Below, piece by piece: positions 27,933-38,427 of a stretch of 64,000 nt of DNA (position 1 is its first letter; each line of letters opens with the position of its first letter). Location of the stretch: IMG/VR virus record IMGVR_UViG_3300017917_004222, positions 64,001 through 128,000 of that record; one strand, 5' to 3'. The stretch is from a virus. The notes below the pieces were generated by a model. That model was not told the origin of the DNA, made no database searches, and saw only the letters and a program-made list of their open reading frames with translations. The position numbers were made by a program, and so were the translations under genes.

Positions 27933-27942
27933 AGGCAGGTGA

Positions 27943-30900
27943 ATGCTTACTATTCCAAGTCAATTGCTTTTGGGTGCAGGAGCATCTGAACCCGCACCGA
28001 CCCCGGGGCAAAACTGGATACCCCGAATGCCCGGGGTATCGGCTTTCAACGTCAAGTCTACATATTCGCCCGAGCTGGGTATTTTTGTTGTTGTAGGCGC
28101 CAACGGAACAGTACTGACATCCCCGGATAATTTGGCCTGGACCAGGCAAATATCCGGAACCTCATTTCAATTGAACGATGTGGTCTGGTCAGGCACTCAG
28201 TTTGTAGCAGTGGGCAACACAGGTACAATCATCACCAGTCCCGATGGCGTTACATGGACCGCCAGAACTTCGGGTACCACTGTTACGTTGAACGGGGTGT
28301 CTTGGTCGGGTACTCAGTTTGTGATAGCAGAAGCCTTTAGCGCACGTTTTATCACATCAACTGACGGCATCACATGGCAACGAGTGCAGTTTTCACAGCC
28401 CTATGCTGGCATGGTATATGTGTCATCATCTAACCTGTTTGTGTCAGTAGGTACTTTCGGGGTAATTCAAACCTCGCCTGATGGCGACACTTGGACTATA
28501 CGCACCAGTCCAACTTCGCAGACGCTTAACTCAGTTGCATGGAATGGAAGCATTCTAGTAGCAGTGGGCAACTCGGGCACAATCGTCACCAGTCCCGATG
28601 GTGTCACTTGGACGGCTAGAACCTCAAATACCAACGTCACATTGTCGTCGGTCACATGGTCAAGCTCCAACAATCAGTTTGTGGTTGTGGGCAACAGTGG
28701 TACAGTGTTAACGTCACCCGACGGAGTATCTTGGACATCACAGTTGCTTGGCCAATCTATATTGGATGTGACCTACGCACCAACATTGAATACGTTTTTG
28801 GCAGTGGGCACAATTGGGCTAATTGCAACCAGCACCGACGGCGCCACCTGGACGCCGCAACAACCGGCCACACTCAACCAATTGAACGGGGTCACCTGGA
28901 GTGGCAGCCAGTTTGTGGCTGTAGGCAACTCGGGCACAATTTTGACCAGTCCCGATGGCACCACGTGGACTTTGAGGACCTCGGGCACAACTGCCATCTT
29001 GACTTCGGTAGTTTGGGGCAACAACATATTTGTCGCAACTGCGTTTGGTCAGGTGTTTACTTCTCCAGACGGCATCACTTGGACCCCACGAACAGTAAGC
29101 AGTGGTAATCAATTCACCAACATCACTTGGTCTGGGACTCAGTTTGTGGCTGTGGGCAACACTGGCATCGTGGCCACCTCGCCTGACGGAGTCACATGGA
29201 AAGTAGTAGGCCATAGCAATACGCTTTTGGGCAATATAGCATATTCATCCTCGCTGGGTGTGTTTGTGTCAGTGGGTGCAAACGGCACAATATTACGATC
29301 AACCGATGGCAATTTCTGGGAAAGACAGGTATCGGGCACTGCCAACCAATTGAACTCAGTCATATGGAACGGTACAAATTTTGTAGCGGTGGGAAACACC
29401 AGCACGGTGCTGATCTCGCCTGACGGTATAACATGGACCCTTAGGGGTGCCGCCGCACAGGATGTTCTGTGGATTGCACAATCGCCCAGTTTAATGGTTG
29501 CTGTGGGAACAACTGGCATGATTTCGACCAGCACCGACGGGCAGGCTTGGACTGGAAGAGTAACGGGCACTACCAACCGAATGACCTCGGTGGCCTGGAG
29601 TGGCAGCCAGTTTGCGGCAGTAGGAGCCGGGGGTACAGTTCGCACCAGTCCTGATGGCATCACGTGGACCGCACAAACTTCGGGAACCACTAGTCAATTT
29701 CAGGGCGTGGTGTCATCTGGAAGTCAGTTTGTGGCCGTGGGAGCCGGGGGTATGATTTCCACCAGTCCCGATGGCGTCACATGGACTGTACGAACTTCGG
29801 GAACTGCTAACCAATTGAACAGTGTGACCTGGTCAGGAACTCAGTTTGCGGCAGTGGGTGCCACAGGCACAATTGTTACCAGTCCAGATGGCATCACGTG
29901 GACCACCAGAACTTCGGGCACCACTGTTTCGTTAAACGGGGTATCTTGGATCGGCAGCCAGTTTGTGGCAGTGGGTGCCACAGGCACAATCCTTACCAGT
30001 ACCGATGGTGTGACCTGGACACTAAAATACCAAGGCATTACCAACAACCTTTTGGGAATCACTTGGGACGGTGCTCAGTTTGTAGCGGTGGGAGCCACCG
30101 GTATTATTCGTACCAGCCCCGACGGTGTCACCTGGACCACCCAGTCGTCGGGGGTTAGTACTCAGTTAAGTGGTATAGCTTGGACTGGAACCACTCTTGT
30201 GGCTGTGGGGGCCCCGGGTGTGATTCGCACCAGTCCCGATGGCATCACCTGGAGTGGGCGAGCCAGCGCCACAACCACAACATTGAACCGAGTCGTTTGG
30301 TCGCCACAGCAGTTTCTTCTTGTGGCTGTGGGCGCCCTGGCAGTTACCACAAGGTCGCCCACATCTAACGGAGACGGATGGATTGCCCAACCCACTGGTA
30401 CCTCTAGCAACTTGGTGGGAGTGACATGGTCAGGCACTCAGTTTGTGGCTGTGGGCGCGTCAGGTACAGTTAGCACCAGTACTGATGGTGCCGCGTGGAT
30501 TTTGAGAACGTCGGGTACTACTAGCCAATTGAACAGTGTGGTCTGGTCAGGCACTCAGTTTGTAGCAGTGGGCAACACAGGTACGATTGTTACCAGTACT
30601 GATGGTGCCGCGTGGATTTTGAGAACGTCGGGTACTACTAGCCAATTGAACAGTGTGGTCTGGACTGGCACCCGGTTTGTGGCAGTGGGCGTCAGCGGTG
30701 TCATACGTGCTAGTGACGATGGCAGTACCTGGACTGGTCCTTTTTACTCGCAAAACTTAACATACACCCCGGTGTATGCAAGTTCTCTAGGTTTGTATGT
30801 TGCAACTGGAGCCGGTGGAACAATAATCACATCTCCGGACGCAACGTCTTGGACCACACGTACAGTTGCCACCACGCTTGAACTATACATGACTGCATGG

Positions 30901-32955
30901 TCAGGTACCACACTAGTGGTGGTGGGGCAAAGCGGTGTAATTTTTACATCAACTGATGGCATCACATGGACCAGCCGCACTTCGGGCACCACCAACAACT
31001 TGTTGGCAGTGACTTGGAGTGGAACACAGTTTGTGGCGGTGGGTGTGTCGGGCACAATTCGTACTAGTCCAGACGGCACCACCTGGACCACTAGAACCTC
31101 GGGTACCACTACAACATTTCAGTCAGTAACATGGTCAGGCAGTTTATTTGTGGCCGTAGGCAACTCGGGAATGATTCGTACCAGTCCCGATGGCATCACT
31201 TGGACAGTTCGCACGTCGGGGACCTCTAACACTTTGACATCAGTGGTGTGGACTGGCAGCCAGTTTGTGGCAGTTGGCGCTTCGGGCACGGCTCTCACCA
31301 GCACTAACGGCATCTCTTGGACCATTAGATCCACAGGAACCACCAACCAATTGAACGGTGTGGCTTGGAGTGGAAGTCAGCTGGTGGCAGTGGGATCACT
31401 GTCTACAATAATAACATCCACCGATGGCATCACATGGCAACGTGTAAATCTCGGTAGTGAAGCGTCTGGTACTGGTGTGGCATGGGTCAACAGTCAATTC
31501 TTAACTGTGGGGCCCAGCGGGTTCGTTGCCACATCAGCCAACGGGTCTAGTTGGACAGTGAGGTCCTACAATCCCAGCCTCAGTACGCTGAACACAGTTG
31601 TGTGGTCAGGATCGAAGTTGGTAATTGGAAGCGTAAACGGGCGGGTATCAAACAGCAGTAATGGAATCAACTGGCAAACCACGTTCTTGGGTTATCCAAC
31701 TGACACTAGAGACATAGCGTTTGGTAACGGTCTTTATGTTGCTGTTAATGTTGGATCTGTTTTCACAAGCACTGATGGTGTAAATTGGACATTTGTGCCT
31801 ATTTTTGGGACCTCATCCACCAACCTAAATGCAGTGGTCTGGAGTGGCACTCAGTTTGTGGTTGTGGGTTCCACAGGCACAATTGTCACCAGTACCGATG
31901 GTGCCACCTGGACCATTAGAACCTCGGGCACTGTGCAGAATCTCAGCGGGGTGGTATGGAGTGGTACTCAATTTGTGGCCGTGGGGGTTAGCACTATTCT
32001 CACCAGCCCCGATGGTGTCACTTGGACTTCAAGAACCCCGGCTGCTTCCACTAGTTTTTTTGATGTATCGTGGTCAGGCAACCGATTCATAGCGGTGGGT
32101 CTCGACACGCTTATCACCACCAGCACTGACGGCATCTCTTGGATTGTAACCAAAACCAATCAGTCTTTGCTGGATACTGCTTATGCATCCTCTCTTGGTC
32201 GTATTGTGTCTGTGGGCAGCAACGGTGATGTGATGACCTCTGCTGACGGAATCACATGGACTGGTCGCGTGTCGGGCACAACCAATCAGTTGAGAAGATT
32301 GACCTGGACCGGCAGCCAGTTTGTGGCAGTAGGCGCGTCGGGCACAATTCGCACCAGTCCCGATGGCATCACTTGGACAGCTCAAACATCGGGAACTGCC
32401 AACTCTTTGATCGGAATTGCTTGGAGTGGTAGTTTATTCGTGGTTGTGGGCAACACAGGTACAATCATTACCAGTCCAGATGGCGTGACCTGGACCACCA
32501 GAACTTCAGGTACCACTGCCCAATTGTTTGATGTGGCCTGGGGCGGCGGCCAATTTGTAGCAGTGGGAGTAGCAGGGACAGTGCTTACCAGTCCAGACGG
32601 TGTGACCTGGACGTTACGAAATTCGGGATTAGCCAACGCGGCCCTGTCAAGAATAATTTGGGACGGTACTAGATTTTTAGCAGTGGCTTCCATATTGTAT
32701 TACAGTACTGATGGTATCACATGGCAAACATCAGCACCTCAAGACTCGGCATCGATAATATTGGGAGGCCTAACAAGTGGCAATCAGATTGTTGCCGTGG
32801 GCAGTAGTGGTCGCATTTATGTGTATACCGGAGTCTCATCCTGGACCAGGACACTAGCAACGCTCACTGGCGGCGAACTCAACTCAGTTCTCTGGACTGG
32901 TACACAATACGTAGCCACTGGACAAACTGCTGCAATACTAACCAGCAACAACTAA
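27943..32955 (+). CDS. Very large BNR/Asp-box beta-propeller repeat protein (putative adhesin)
   Basis: About 40 copies of a ~39-aa repeat L-x-x-V-x-W-S-G-x-Q-F-V-A-V-G-x-x-G-T-I-x-T-S-P-D-G-x-T-W. Confidence 0.85.
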   Translation: MLTIPSQLLLGAGASEPAPTPGQNWIPRMPGVSAFNVKSTYSPELGIFVVVGANGTVLTSPDNLAWTRQISGTSFQLNDVVWSGTQFVAVGNTGTIITSPDGVTWTARTSGTTVTLNGVSWSGTQFVIAEAFSARFITSTDGITWQRVQFSQPYAGMVYVSSSNLFVSVGTFGVIQTSPDGDTWTIRTSPTSQTLNSVAWNGSILVAVGNSGTIVTSPDGVTWTARTSNTNVTLSSVTWSSSNNQFVVVGNSGTVLTSPDGVSWTSQLLGQSILDVTYAPTLNTFLAVGTIGLIATSTDGATWTPQQPATLNQLNGVTWSGSQFVAVGNSGTILTSPDGTTWTLRTSGTTAILTSVVWGNNIFVATAFGQVFTSPDGITWTPRTVSSGNQFTNITWSGTQFVAVGNTGIVATSPDGVTWKVVGHSNTLLGNIAYSSSLGVFVSVGANGTILRSTDGNFWERQVSGTANQLNSVIWNGTNFVAVGNTSTVLISPDGITWTLRGAAAQDVLWIAQSPSLMVAVGTTGMISTSTDGQAWTGRVTGTTNRMTSVAWSGSQFAAVGAGGTVRTSPDGITWTAQTSGTTSQFQGVVSSGSQFVAVGAGGMISTSPDGVTWTVRTSGTANQLNSVTWSGTQFAAVGATGTIVTSPDGITWTTRTSGTTVSLNGVSWIGSQFVAVGATGTILTSTDGVTWTLKYQGITNNLLGITWDGAQFVAVGATGIIRTSPDGVTWTTQSSGVSTQLSGIAWTGTTLVAVGAPGVIRTSPDGITWSGRASATTTTLNRVVWSPQQFLLVAVGALAVTTRSPTSNGDGWIAQPTGTSSNLVGVTWSGTQFVAVGASGTVSTSTDGAAWILRTSGTTSQLNSVVWSGTQFVAVGNTGTIVTSTDGAAWILRTSGTTSQLNSVVWTGTRFVAVGVSGVIRASDDGSTWTGPFYSQNLTYTPVYASSLGLYVATGAGGTIITSPDATSWTTRTVATTLELYMTAWSGTTLVVVGQSGVIFTSTDGITWTSRTSGTTNNLLAVTWSGTQFVAVGVSGTIRTSPDGTTWTTRTSGTTTTFQSVTWSGSLFVAVGNSGMIRTSPDGITWTVRTSGTSNTLTSVVWTGSQFVAVGASGTALTSTNGISWTIRSTGTTNQLNGVAWSGSQLVAVGSLSTIITSTDGITWQRVNLGSEASGTGVAWVNSQFLTVGPSGFVATSANGSSWTVRSYNPSLSTLNTVVWSGSKLVIGSVNGRVSNSSNGINWQTTFLGYPTDTRDIAFGNGLYVAVNVGSVFTSTDGVNWTFVPIFGTSSTNLNAVVWSGTQFVVVGSTGTIVTSTDGATWTIRTSGTVQNLSGVVWSGTQFVAVGVSTILTSPDGVTWTSRTPAASTSFFDVSWSGNRFIAVGLDTLITTSTDGISWIVTKTNQSLLDTAYASSLGRIVSVGSNGDVMTSADGITWTGRVSGTTNQLRRLTWTGSQFVAVGASGTIRTSPDGITWTAQTSGTANSLIGIAWSGSLFVVVGNTGTIITSPDGVTWTTRTSGTTAQLFDVAWGGGQFVAVGVAGTVLTSPDGVTWTLRNSGLANAALSRIIWDGTRFLAVASILYYSTDGITWQTSAPQDSASIILGGLTSGNQIVAVGSSGRIYVYTGVSSWTRTLATLTGGELNSVLWTGTQYVATGQTAAILTSNN

Positions 32956-32969
32956 TTTAAGGACAAAGC

Positions 32970-33527
32970 ATGTATCTAAAGATCACACAAAACCAAATGG
33001 TATACCCGTATGATGTTTCGCTCCTGCGAACTGAACACCCAAATGTGTCATTTCCGTCGGACTACAAAACCAATTATGCACTGCTGGCAGAGTTTGGAAT
33101 ACACTGGGCGACCGAAACCCCGCCGCCCCAAGTTGACAAATTCACCCACCGGGTTCAAGCAACAGACCCAGCCGAAGTCAACGGTGAGTATGTTCAGCAG
33201 TGGCAGGTTATAGAACTCTCGGAGCAAGAACAGCAAGACAAAATACGTGCGGCTCAGCGTGAGTTTGAAGCACTGGTGCAAGAACGGCTGAATGCATGGG
33301 CCATGCAGAAGGGCTACAACGGCATTGAGTCAGCTGTGTCTTACGTGTACAGCAAAGTAGCTAAATTCGCCGAAGAAGCAAGATATGCAGTTGATATGCG
33401 AGATGCTATGTGGGCTAAATTGTACGAGATATTTGATCAAGTGAATCAGGGCCAACGAGCCATGCCGCGATCACTTGCTAAAATCGAATCTGAGTTGCCA
33501 ACCTTGACCTGGGACACCGCAGAATAA
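32970..33527 (+). CDS. Tail fibre assembly-like protein
   Basis: YPY..LRTEHPNVSFP, VQERLNAWA..GY, ELPTLTW. Confidence 0.6.
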   Translation: MYLKITQNQMVYPYDVSLLRTEHPNVSFPSDYKTNYALLAEFGIHWATETPPPQVDKFTHRVQATDPAEVNGEYVQQWQVIELSEQEQQDKIRAAQREFEALVQERLNAWAMQKGYNGIESAVSYVYSKVAKFAEEARYAVDMRDAMWAKLYEIFDQVNQGQRAMPRSLAKIESELPTLTWDTAE

Positions 33528-33539
33528 CTGCCACAGTGG

Positions 33540-33956
33540 TCAACTGATGCTGTGTTCCACCTGTTGCAGCTTGGCCTGCACAGCATCCACATTCACAGTG
33601 TTCCACAGGCCTGGGTGCAAGGGCCTGGGCCAATGCCCACGATCTATCCAAGCCCAGCCCAGGTGCTCGTGATTGAGAACCGGCACAAACTCCGAATCCA
33701 CCACGCACACCCAGGTGTGATATTCAAACATGCCATCGGCGCTGGTGAATTTTTCCAGGGGAACCAAGCGTTGGTAATCGGGGAAGAAGCCCAGCTCTTC
33801 TGTGCACTCTCGCTCCATGCCGCCCAGCAGGGTTTCGTTGAGTTCCAGTTTGCCCCCGGGCAAGGCCCAGGTGCTGGGGTGCCGTGGATCGTTGCGCAAC
33901 AAGAACAGGTAGCGTCCGGTTGCTGCGCTCTTGAACAGCACACCAACCGCTTTCAA
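33540..33956 (-). CDS. NUDIX hydrolase
   Basis: WALPGGKLELNETLLGGMERECTEELG Nudix box; probable TTG start overlapping the upstream TGA. Confidence 0.85.
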   Translation of the reverse strand: MKAVGVLFKSAATGRYLFLLRNDPRHPSTWALPGGKLELNETLLGGMERECTEELGFFPDYQRLVPLEKFTSADGMFEYHTWVCVVDSEFVPVLNHEHLGWAWIDRGHWPRPLHPGLWNTVNVDAVQAKLQQVEHSIS

Positions 33957-35356
33957 AGTACCAGACTCCAAAGGCCGCCGGGATAGACTCCTTGGTAACT
34001 CTTGATCCATGCCTCTCCGGTCCATTTGTATTGTGTTCCTGTGGTGATGTTGGTAACGTATTGAATGTCTTGCTGGTTTGTGCTGGCAAACACCACACGC
34101 CATCTTGTGCCATCGTACTCGATGATGTCGTTGGCCTGGGCCACCAAGGGCTGCCCTAGATCCCCGCGCCAGGCTTGGGGATTGTATGCGTTTATTGTAG
34201 CACCAGTGGGTTCAGTTAGCAAGTATCGTGTGCCAGCCGCAGCAGGCGGCAGCCCGTTGTCGGGTCCACTCACTTGAGGATCAATAATGGCATCAATTGG
34301 TGCCAGGGTATTTTGCGGAGCAGTATCTGGATCTGGCGAGAATATGATCAAGCGGGTGTCATTGGGATCCACAACAAACGTACCCACAATGGGAGACTCG
34401 TCGTTTTGGTCTCTGAACAGTCGAATTTGACTCACACCTGGGCGGTATACCCCGTATGCATCCAGCAGCGCTGGCCACAACAGCGGACTGTCGCCCACAA
34501 TTTCGGTGGGAGTCAGTGTGTCTAGGCTGCCGTTGGGTACCACAGCAGGGGCATACAAGCACTGAATCTTGTTGTCAATCACCACCAGTTTGTAGTTCCA
34601 GGGAGTGACCATGACTCGAGTGCCCAGCAACAGATCATTGTTGGTGATGGCGTCGCGCAGGTCGCCTTGAGCATCGTAGATGCCGGCCACGATGCGCTCT
34701 ACCACACCCAGCTTCTTGACCTTGGCCGGAGCGCTGATCCAAATGGGAATGTTGAATCTCAGGGTGGCAATGTCAATGGGATTTTCAGTACCAGTGGGTA
34801 TGGTTCTTGACGTCCAGGTTGTGGATTCAAGCTCAACTACCGAGAGACTGGTCCAGTCAATATAGTTGTCGGTGCTCTGTACTTCCAGGCTGGGGTTGAA
34901 CAAGGTCACAATCTGTTCCAGCAGTTGAAACTTTTGATTGGTGTTTGAAGTCCAAATATCCAAATTGATGGTGAGTTTGTAAGGCACTGGCATCAGCCGC
35001 TCGATTGTGAATGCATTGCCCTGTGTGGTTTCGTATGTTTCGGTCACGGGATCGTAAGTTCGCTGCCGTACATGCATCTTGCTCACATGATACGGCTCTT
35101 GCATCCTGGGGCGATCGTAGTCAAACCCAGTGATGTAGAAAGTCATGAGCGGTGTACTGGGCAGGTTGTTGGCCGAGTTTTCTTGCAGAATAGTTTGCGC
35201 ATTGCGGCTGGCATCGCCGTAGCGAATGGGCACACGAATCAGTGCAGCAGCCTGGGTATTGGGATCGATGCCATACTCCACTTGAAACCCGCTGAAGATT
35301 CGAGTGAACTGCAGCAGGAAACGTCGGATTTGTTCGTCGTAAAAGAAGGCTTGAAT
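33953..35356 (-). CDS. Tail completion/sheath stabiliser (gp15-like), probable ATT start
   Basis: VPIRYG, MPVPYKL, QLLEQIVTLFNPS; open frame extends to ATT at 35356, 7 nt after SD AAGGAG. Confidence 0.7.
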   Translation of the reverse strand: MQAFFYDEQIRRFLLQFTRIFSGFQVEYGIDPNTQAAALIRVPIRYGDASRNAQTILQENSANNLPSTPLMTFYITGFDYDRPRMQEPYHVSKMHVRQRTYDPVTETYETTQGNAFTIERLMPVPYKLTINLDIWTSNTNQKFQLLEQIVTLFNPSLEVQSTDNYIDWTSLSVVELESTTWTSRTIPTGTENPIDIATLRFNIPIWISAPAKVKKLGVVERIVAGIYDAQGDLRDAITNNDLLLGTRVMVTPWNYKLVVIDNKIQCLYAPAVVPNGSLDTLTPTEIVGDSPLLWPALLDAYGVYRPGVSQIRLFRDQNDESPIVGTFVVDPNDTRLIIFSPDPDTAPQNTLAPIDAIIDPQVSGPDNGLPPAAAGTRYLLTEPTGATINAYNPQAWRGDLGQPLVAQANDIIEYDGTRWRVVFASTNQQDIQYVTNITTGTQYKWTGEAWIKSYQGVYPGGLWSLVL

Positions 35357-35376
35357 TTTGATTCTCCTTGATAGTG

Positions 35377-36747
35377 TCAGCTACTGGGCTGCCCAGGCTG
35401 TGTACCCGGCCTTGGTCTAGACGGCTTGTTGCCGCCTGCATCGCCGTTGTCAGCACGAGGCTTGAGAATTTCGCTGAGACTCTGACGGCTGGGAATGTTG
35501 CCCTGGTCAGTAGTGGGCACTGTGTAACTGTTGTTCACAAAGCCCGAACGCAAGGTGTTGTTGTTTGGACCGTTGTCAAGATTGGTTCGCACCTTTTCTT
35601 CGATCTTGATCCAAGTGGATCCGTTGTAACGGAACAGACGATTGGGGAAGTAATCCAAACGCAAGCAGTAGTCGCCGGCCACTGCATTGGGCGGAAAGCT
35701 CACACCTGGAGTCACTGGCAATCCGTTGGGAGGAATGCCGTCGCCTGTGAGGTAACCGGCTGTGTAACCATCGCTGCGCGGAGTCACGTTCATACCGCCC
35801 TGTGTGCCATCCACTGTGTCGGTATCTTCAGTTGTGAGAGAAACAGGGTTAGCCGGCTGCCCATCCACTGTGGTGGGCTCGATGTAGAACGACACAGTGT
35901 CGTAGCCACTTAGTGGTACCTCCACGTTGGCTTGTGTGACAATGGCATCGTTCAGTGCAGTGTCTTTGGCTCTGGTACCTTGCACTTCGCTGATGGTGGG
36001 CGGAGTGTATTCAGTCCAGTAACTGGGGTTGGAGATTTCAACGCCGGCAGGTACGTTTTGTGTGGCACGATAGTACACATCGCTGGAGTTCACAATGCTG
36101 CCAGCAGGATAGTAGTCACCCGGATCCCAGATGTATTCGCTCACAAACGGGCGATTGGTAATGGAGTTGTATTCTTGCGAGTCTGTCAATGGCGTGGCCT
36201 TTACTCTCCACAGGTGCGGAAGCCATGTTTGCGAGAACCCCTCGCTGGCAAATGCAGCATCCTGTATCACATAGTATTTGGGCAGGGGCAGCATGGCAGG
36301 GTTCAAGGGATTGTAATCCTTGAGATTGGGCAGTTCCAGCACATCACCGTTCATGAGCTTGCGCCCAATGGTGTCGATCATGCTGTTGTAGTGGAATGTG
36401 ATAAACAGGGTGTCGTTGTTGAGAAACAGGCCAAACTGACTGAGGTCAAAGTCCACGTCTTGTTGGTTGTAAACACCTCGCATGACATACACATCAGGCG
36501 CATACACCCGATCGCGGTTTTCCAACAGCAGCAAGTCTTGGATGTTCAACACGCTTTGTTCTTCGTACACCGGCTGTGTGGCATCAGCATTGCCCGAAAA
36601 TGCCGAATCCTCGCCCCCAGTTTGTGGACCTATGTAGCGATGAACATAGATATCCAGTCCGCCCACGGTGTATTGTTCTCTTATCGTCCGGTCAAGAAAC
36701 TGGTAGTCTCTTGTGCGGTTAGGCCGCCACAAACTTAATCTTGGCAT
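35377..36747 (-). CDS. Neck protein (gp14-like)
   Basis: DLSQFGLF, GRKLMNGDVLELP; adjacent to the gp15-like gene. Confidence 0.65.
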   Translation of the reverse strand: MPRLSLWRPNRTRDYQFLDRTIREQYTVGGLDIYVHRYIGPQTGGEDSAFSGNADATQPVYEEQSVLNIQDLLLLENRDRVYAPDVYVMRGVYNQQDVDFDLSQFGLFLNNDTLFITFHYNSMIDTIGRKLMNGDVLELPNLKDYNPLNPAMLPLPKYYVIQDAAFASEGFSQTWLPHLWRVKATPLTDSQEYNSITNRPFVSEYIWDPGDYYPAGSIVNSSDVYYRATQNVPAGVEISNPSYWTEYTPPTISEVQGTRAKDTALNDAIVTQANVEVPLSGYDTVSFYIEPTTVDGQPANPVSLTTEDTDTVDGTQGGMNVTPRSDGYTAGYLTGDGIPPNGLPVTPGVSFPPNAVAGDYCLRLDYFPNRLFRYNGSTWIKIEEKVRTNLDNGPNNNTLRSGFVNNSYTVPTTDQGNIPSRQSLSEILKPRADNGDAGGNKPSRPRPGTQPGQPSS

Positions 36748-37439
36748 GTTGGATCCTTTGCTCGCATGCAGTTATTATTGTGCCATCTTTCAAGATTTGA
36801 TTTCCCGCCAACAGTCTTGCCACAATGCTGGCAGACATATTTTGGTTTTGGTGCACGAAGTTTCATTAGGGTGGCATCGGTGTGTGTTTTTCCGAAAAAC
36901 GAATTATCGACCCCAGTTTTTCTTACACCGTAAAAATGATTGTTCACCCCGGATTGATGTGGTCTTTTCTCTCCCTTGCGTCGCTGGTTGATCGCAATCA
37001 TGTTATTGCGTCTAATGGCTTTTTTGTCATCGCCTTCACTTTGGGCGCGGGCTTGTGCAGAGATTTTTAACTTTTCAATCCATTCGTCGGTGAATTTTCT
37101 GCCTTTAAGAGATGAGTTTAACGACTCTCTAAGGTTCTGATAAACTCGAGAACCAACTTTGTATCTGTCTTGTTTGGTGTTATTGCTATGCATCATTTTC
37201 TTGCATGCGTACACCATTTTTCTTTTAGGTTCCCCAGTTACCATCTTAGTAAGCAACCAGTGAGCAATAAAATGCTCGCGAGCTGTTAACCTAACCAAAT
37301 TCTCTGTATTATCGCTACCACCAAGTGACTTGGGGATGATGTGATGGCACTCGGAATAACACTCGTTGGGCAACTGACGTCCTTGTGCTCGGACAATTAT
37401 TTGGTAGTACCACTGAGTATATTTGTTATCACTGAACAT
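36735..37439 (-). CDS. HNH homing endonuclease with NUMOD3
   Basis: ECHHIIPKSLGGSDNTENLVRLTAREHFIAHWLL; FFGKTHT; CQHCGK; AT-rich; start reassigned to ATG 37439. Confidence 0.88.
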   Translation of the reverse strand: MFSDNKYTQWYYQIIVRAQGRQLPNECYSECHHIIPKSLGGSDNTENLVRLTAREHFIAHWLLTKMVTGEPKRKMVYACKKMMHSNNTKQDRYKVGSRVYQNLRESLNSSLKGRKFTDEWIEKLKISAQARAQSEGDDKKAIRRNNMIAINQRRKGEKRPHQSGVNNHFYGVRKTGVDNSFFGKTHTDATLMKLRAPKPKYVCQHCGKTVGGKSNLERWHNNNCMRAKDPTCQD

Positions 37440-37464
37440 AGTGGTGTATTTAGCAACCGCTTGG

Positions 37465-37493
37465 TTGCTCAAAATCCTCACATGCGCTATAAT
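37465..37493 (+). promoter_or_regulatory. Sigma70-like early promoter
   Basis: TTGCTC-17-TATAAT. Confidence 0.6.
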
Positions 37494-37525
37494 ATGGTTT
37501 TGCAGCAACAAACCCCAGGATCACC

Positions 37526-37762
37526 ATGCCACAGTTCTACACAGACCAACAGGTGCGTGATCACGCACAGGCACAGGGCCTGCATGCCCGCAGCACTGAA
37601 CAGGAAATCCGTGCAGCGTTCCCCGATCTGCCAGCTGAAAGCGAAGTTTTTGGGCCCGAGGGGCGCCTGCGCATGGTTGACGGCATTCCGGGTTGGGTCA
37701 GCCCCCGTGCCGCACGCCCGGTTGACCATAAATCCGCCCTGTGCTACAATACAAGTTACTAA
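37526..37762 (+). CDS. Hypothetical early protein
   Basis: Downstream of promoter; SD AGGA. Confidence 0.5.
   Translation: MPQFYTDQQVRDHAQAQGLHARSTEQEIRAAFPDLPAESEVFGPEGRLRMVDGIPGWVSPRAARPVDHKSALCYNTSY
37722..37750 (+). promoter_or_regulatory. Sigma70-like early promoter
   Basis: TTGACC-17-TACAAT with TG extension. Confidence 0.75.
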
Positions 37763-37789
37763 ACAACTGAACCCTTTCAAGGAAACCAC

Positions 37790-38332
37790 ATGACACTGCG
37801 TTCTTTCTCCCACCCTGGTCTGGTTGATTACAAGTATGACACTGAAAAGCGTCAGGTCATCAGCTACAAGGTCAATGCCGCCGGTCAACCCCGCGCCTGG
37901 AGCTTTGACAACAGTCGCATCGCTCGCATGGGCCTGCGCACTCGCAGCGGCAGCACGGTGAACATCCGTCGGGACCAGATCGAGCAACACCTTGTTCCGG
38001 AAGCTCGCAAAACCACTGTGACCCGCATTGGCAGCGCCACCCAGCGCCAGATCAACGAAGCCCGCGACATCCGTGCCAAGATCAACTCTGGTGCCACTGT
38101 GACCAACAACCTGGACTTGCTCAAGCCCGACTTTGAATACGTGCTGTTCAGCGTGAAAAACCAGTGCAGCCAGTATTTCTTCCGTGGCACTTCGGTGGGC
38201 GATGCTCTGCGCATGTTTGCACGTCGTGGCGAACACATCGCGCCCAGCGACATTCGCATCCTCAACACCCGCACCAACACGGTGACGGAACTGCAAACCC
38301 AGGTGATCACCACCTACGTGCTGGCTGCGTGA
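37790..38332 (+). CDS. Hypothetical early protein
   Basis: SD AAGGA; Arg-rich. Confidence 0.7.
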   Translation: MTLRSFSHPGLVDYKYDTEKRQVISYKVNAAGQPRAWSFDNSRIARMGLRTRSGSTVNIRRDQIEQHLVPEARKTTVTRIGSATQRQINEARDIRAKINSGATVTNNLDLLKPDFEYVLFSVKNQCSQYFFRGTSVGDALRMFARRGEHIAPSDIRILNTRTNTVTELQTQVITTYVLAA

Positions 38333-38335
38333 TAC

Positions 38336-38362
38336 ACACTGCCCGGAGATCCCGGGCAGTGT
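38336..38362. terminator. 11-bp stem-loop after the 37790 gene
   Basis: acactgcccgg/ccgggcagtgt; no U-tract. Confidence 0.5.
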
Positions 38363-38368
38363 CACGAC

Positions 38369-38397
38369 TTGACCCAAAATGGCAGGTGTGCTATAAT
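38369..38397 (+). promoter_or_regulatory. Sigma70-like early promoter
   Basis: TTGACC-17-TATAAT with TG extension. Confidence 0.8.
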
Positions 38398-38427
38398 TAC
38401 AGTGTTGACAACAAGGAGCCATCAAAC

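Noticed and set aside
27943-32955. Possible CRISPR array or DGR template/variable repeat pair
   Set aside because: Repeats are in-frame protein repeats without unique spacers; exact copies show no adenine-specific differences; no reverse transcriptase in the window.
38164-38427. Upstream extensions in the ORF track (38164, 39577, 41736, 34103, 37511, 16314, 53980)
   Set aside because: They overlap other genes or promoters; downstream starts fit the SD and promoter positions better.
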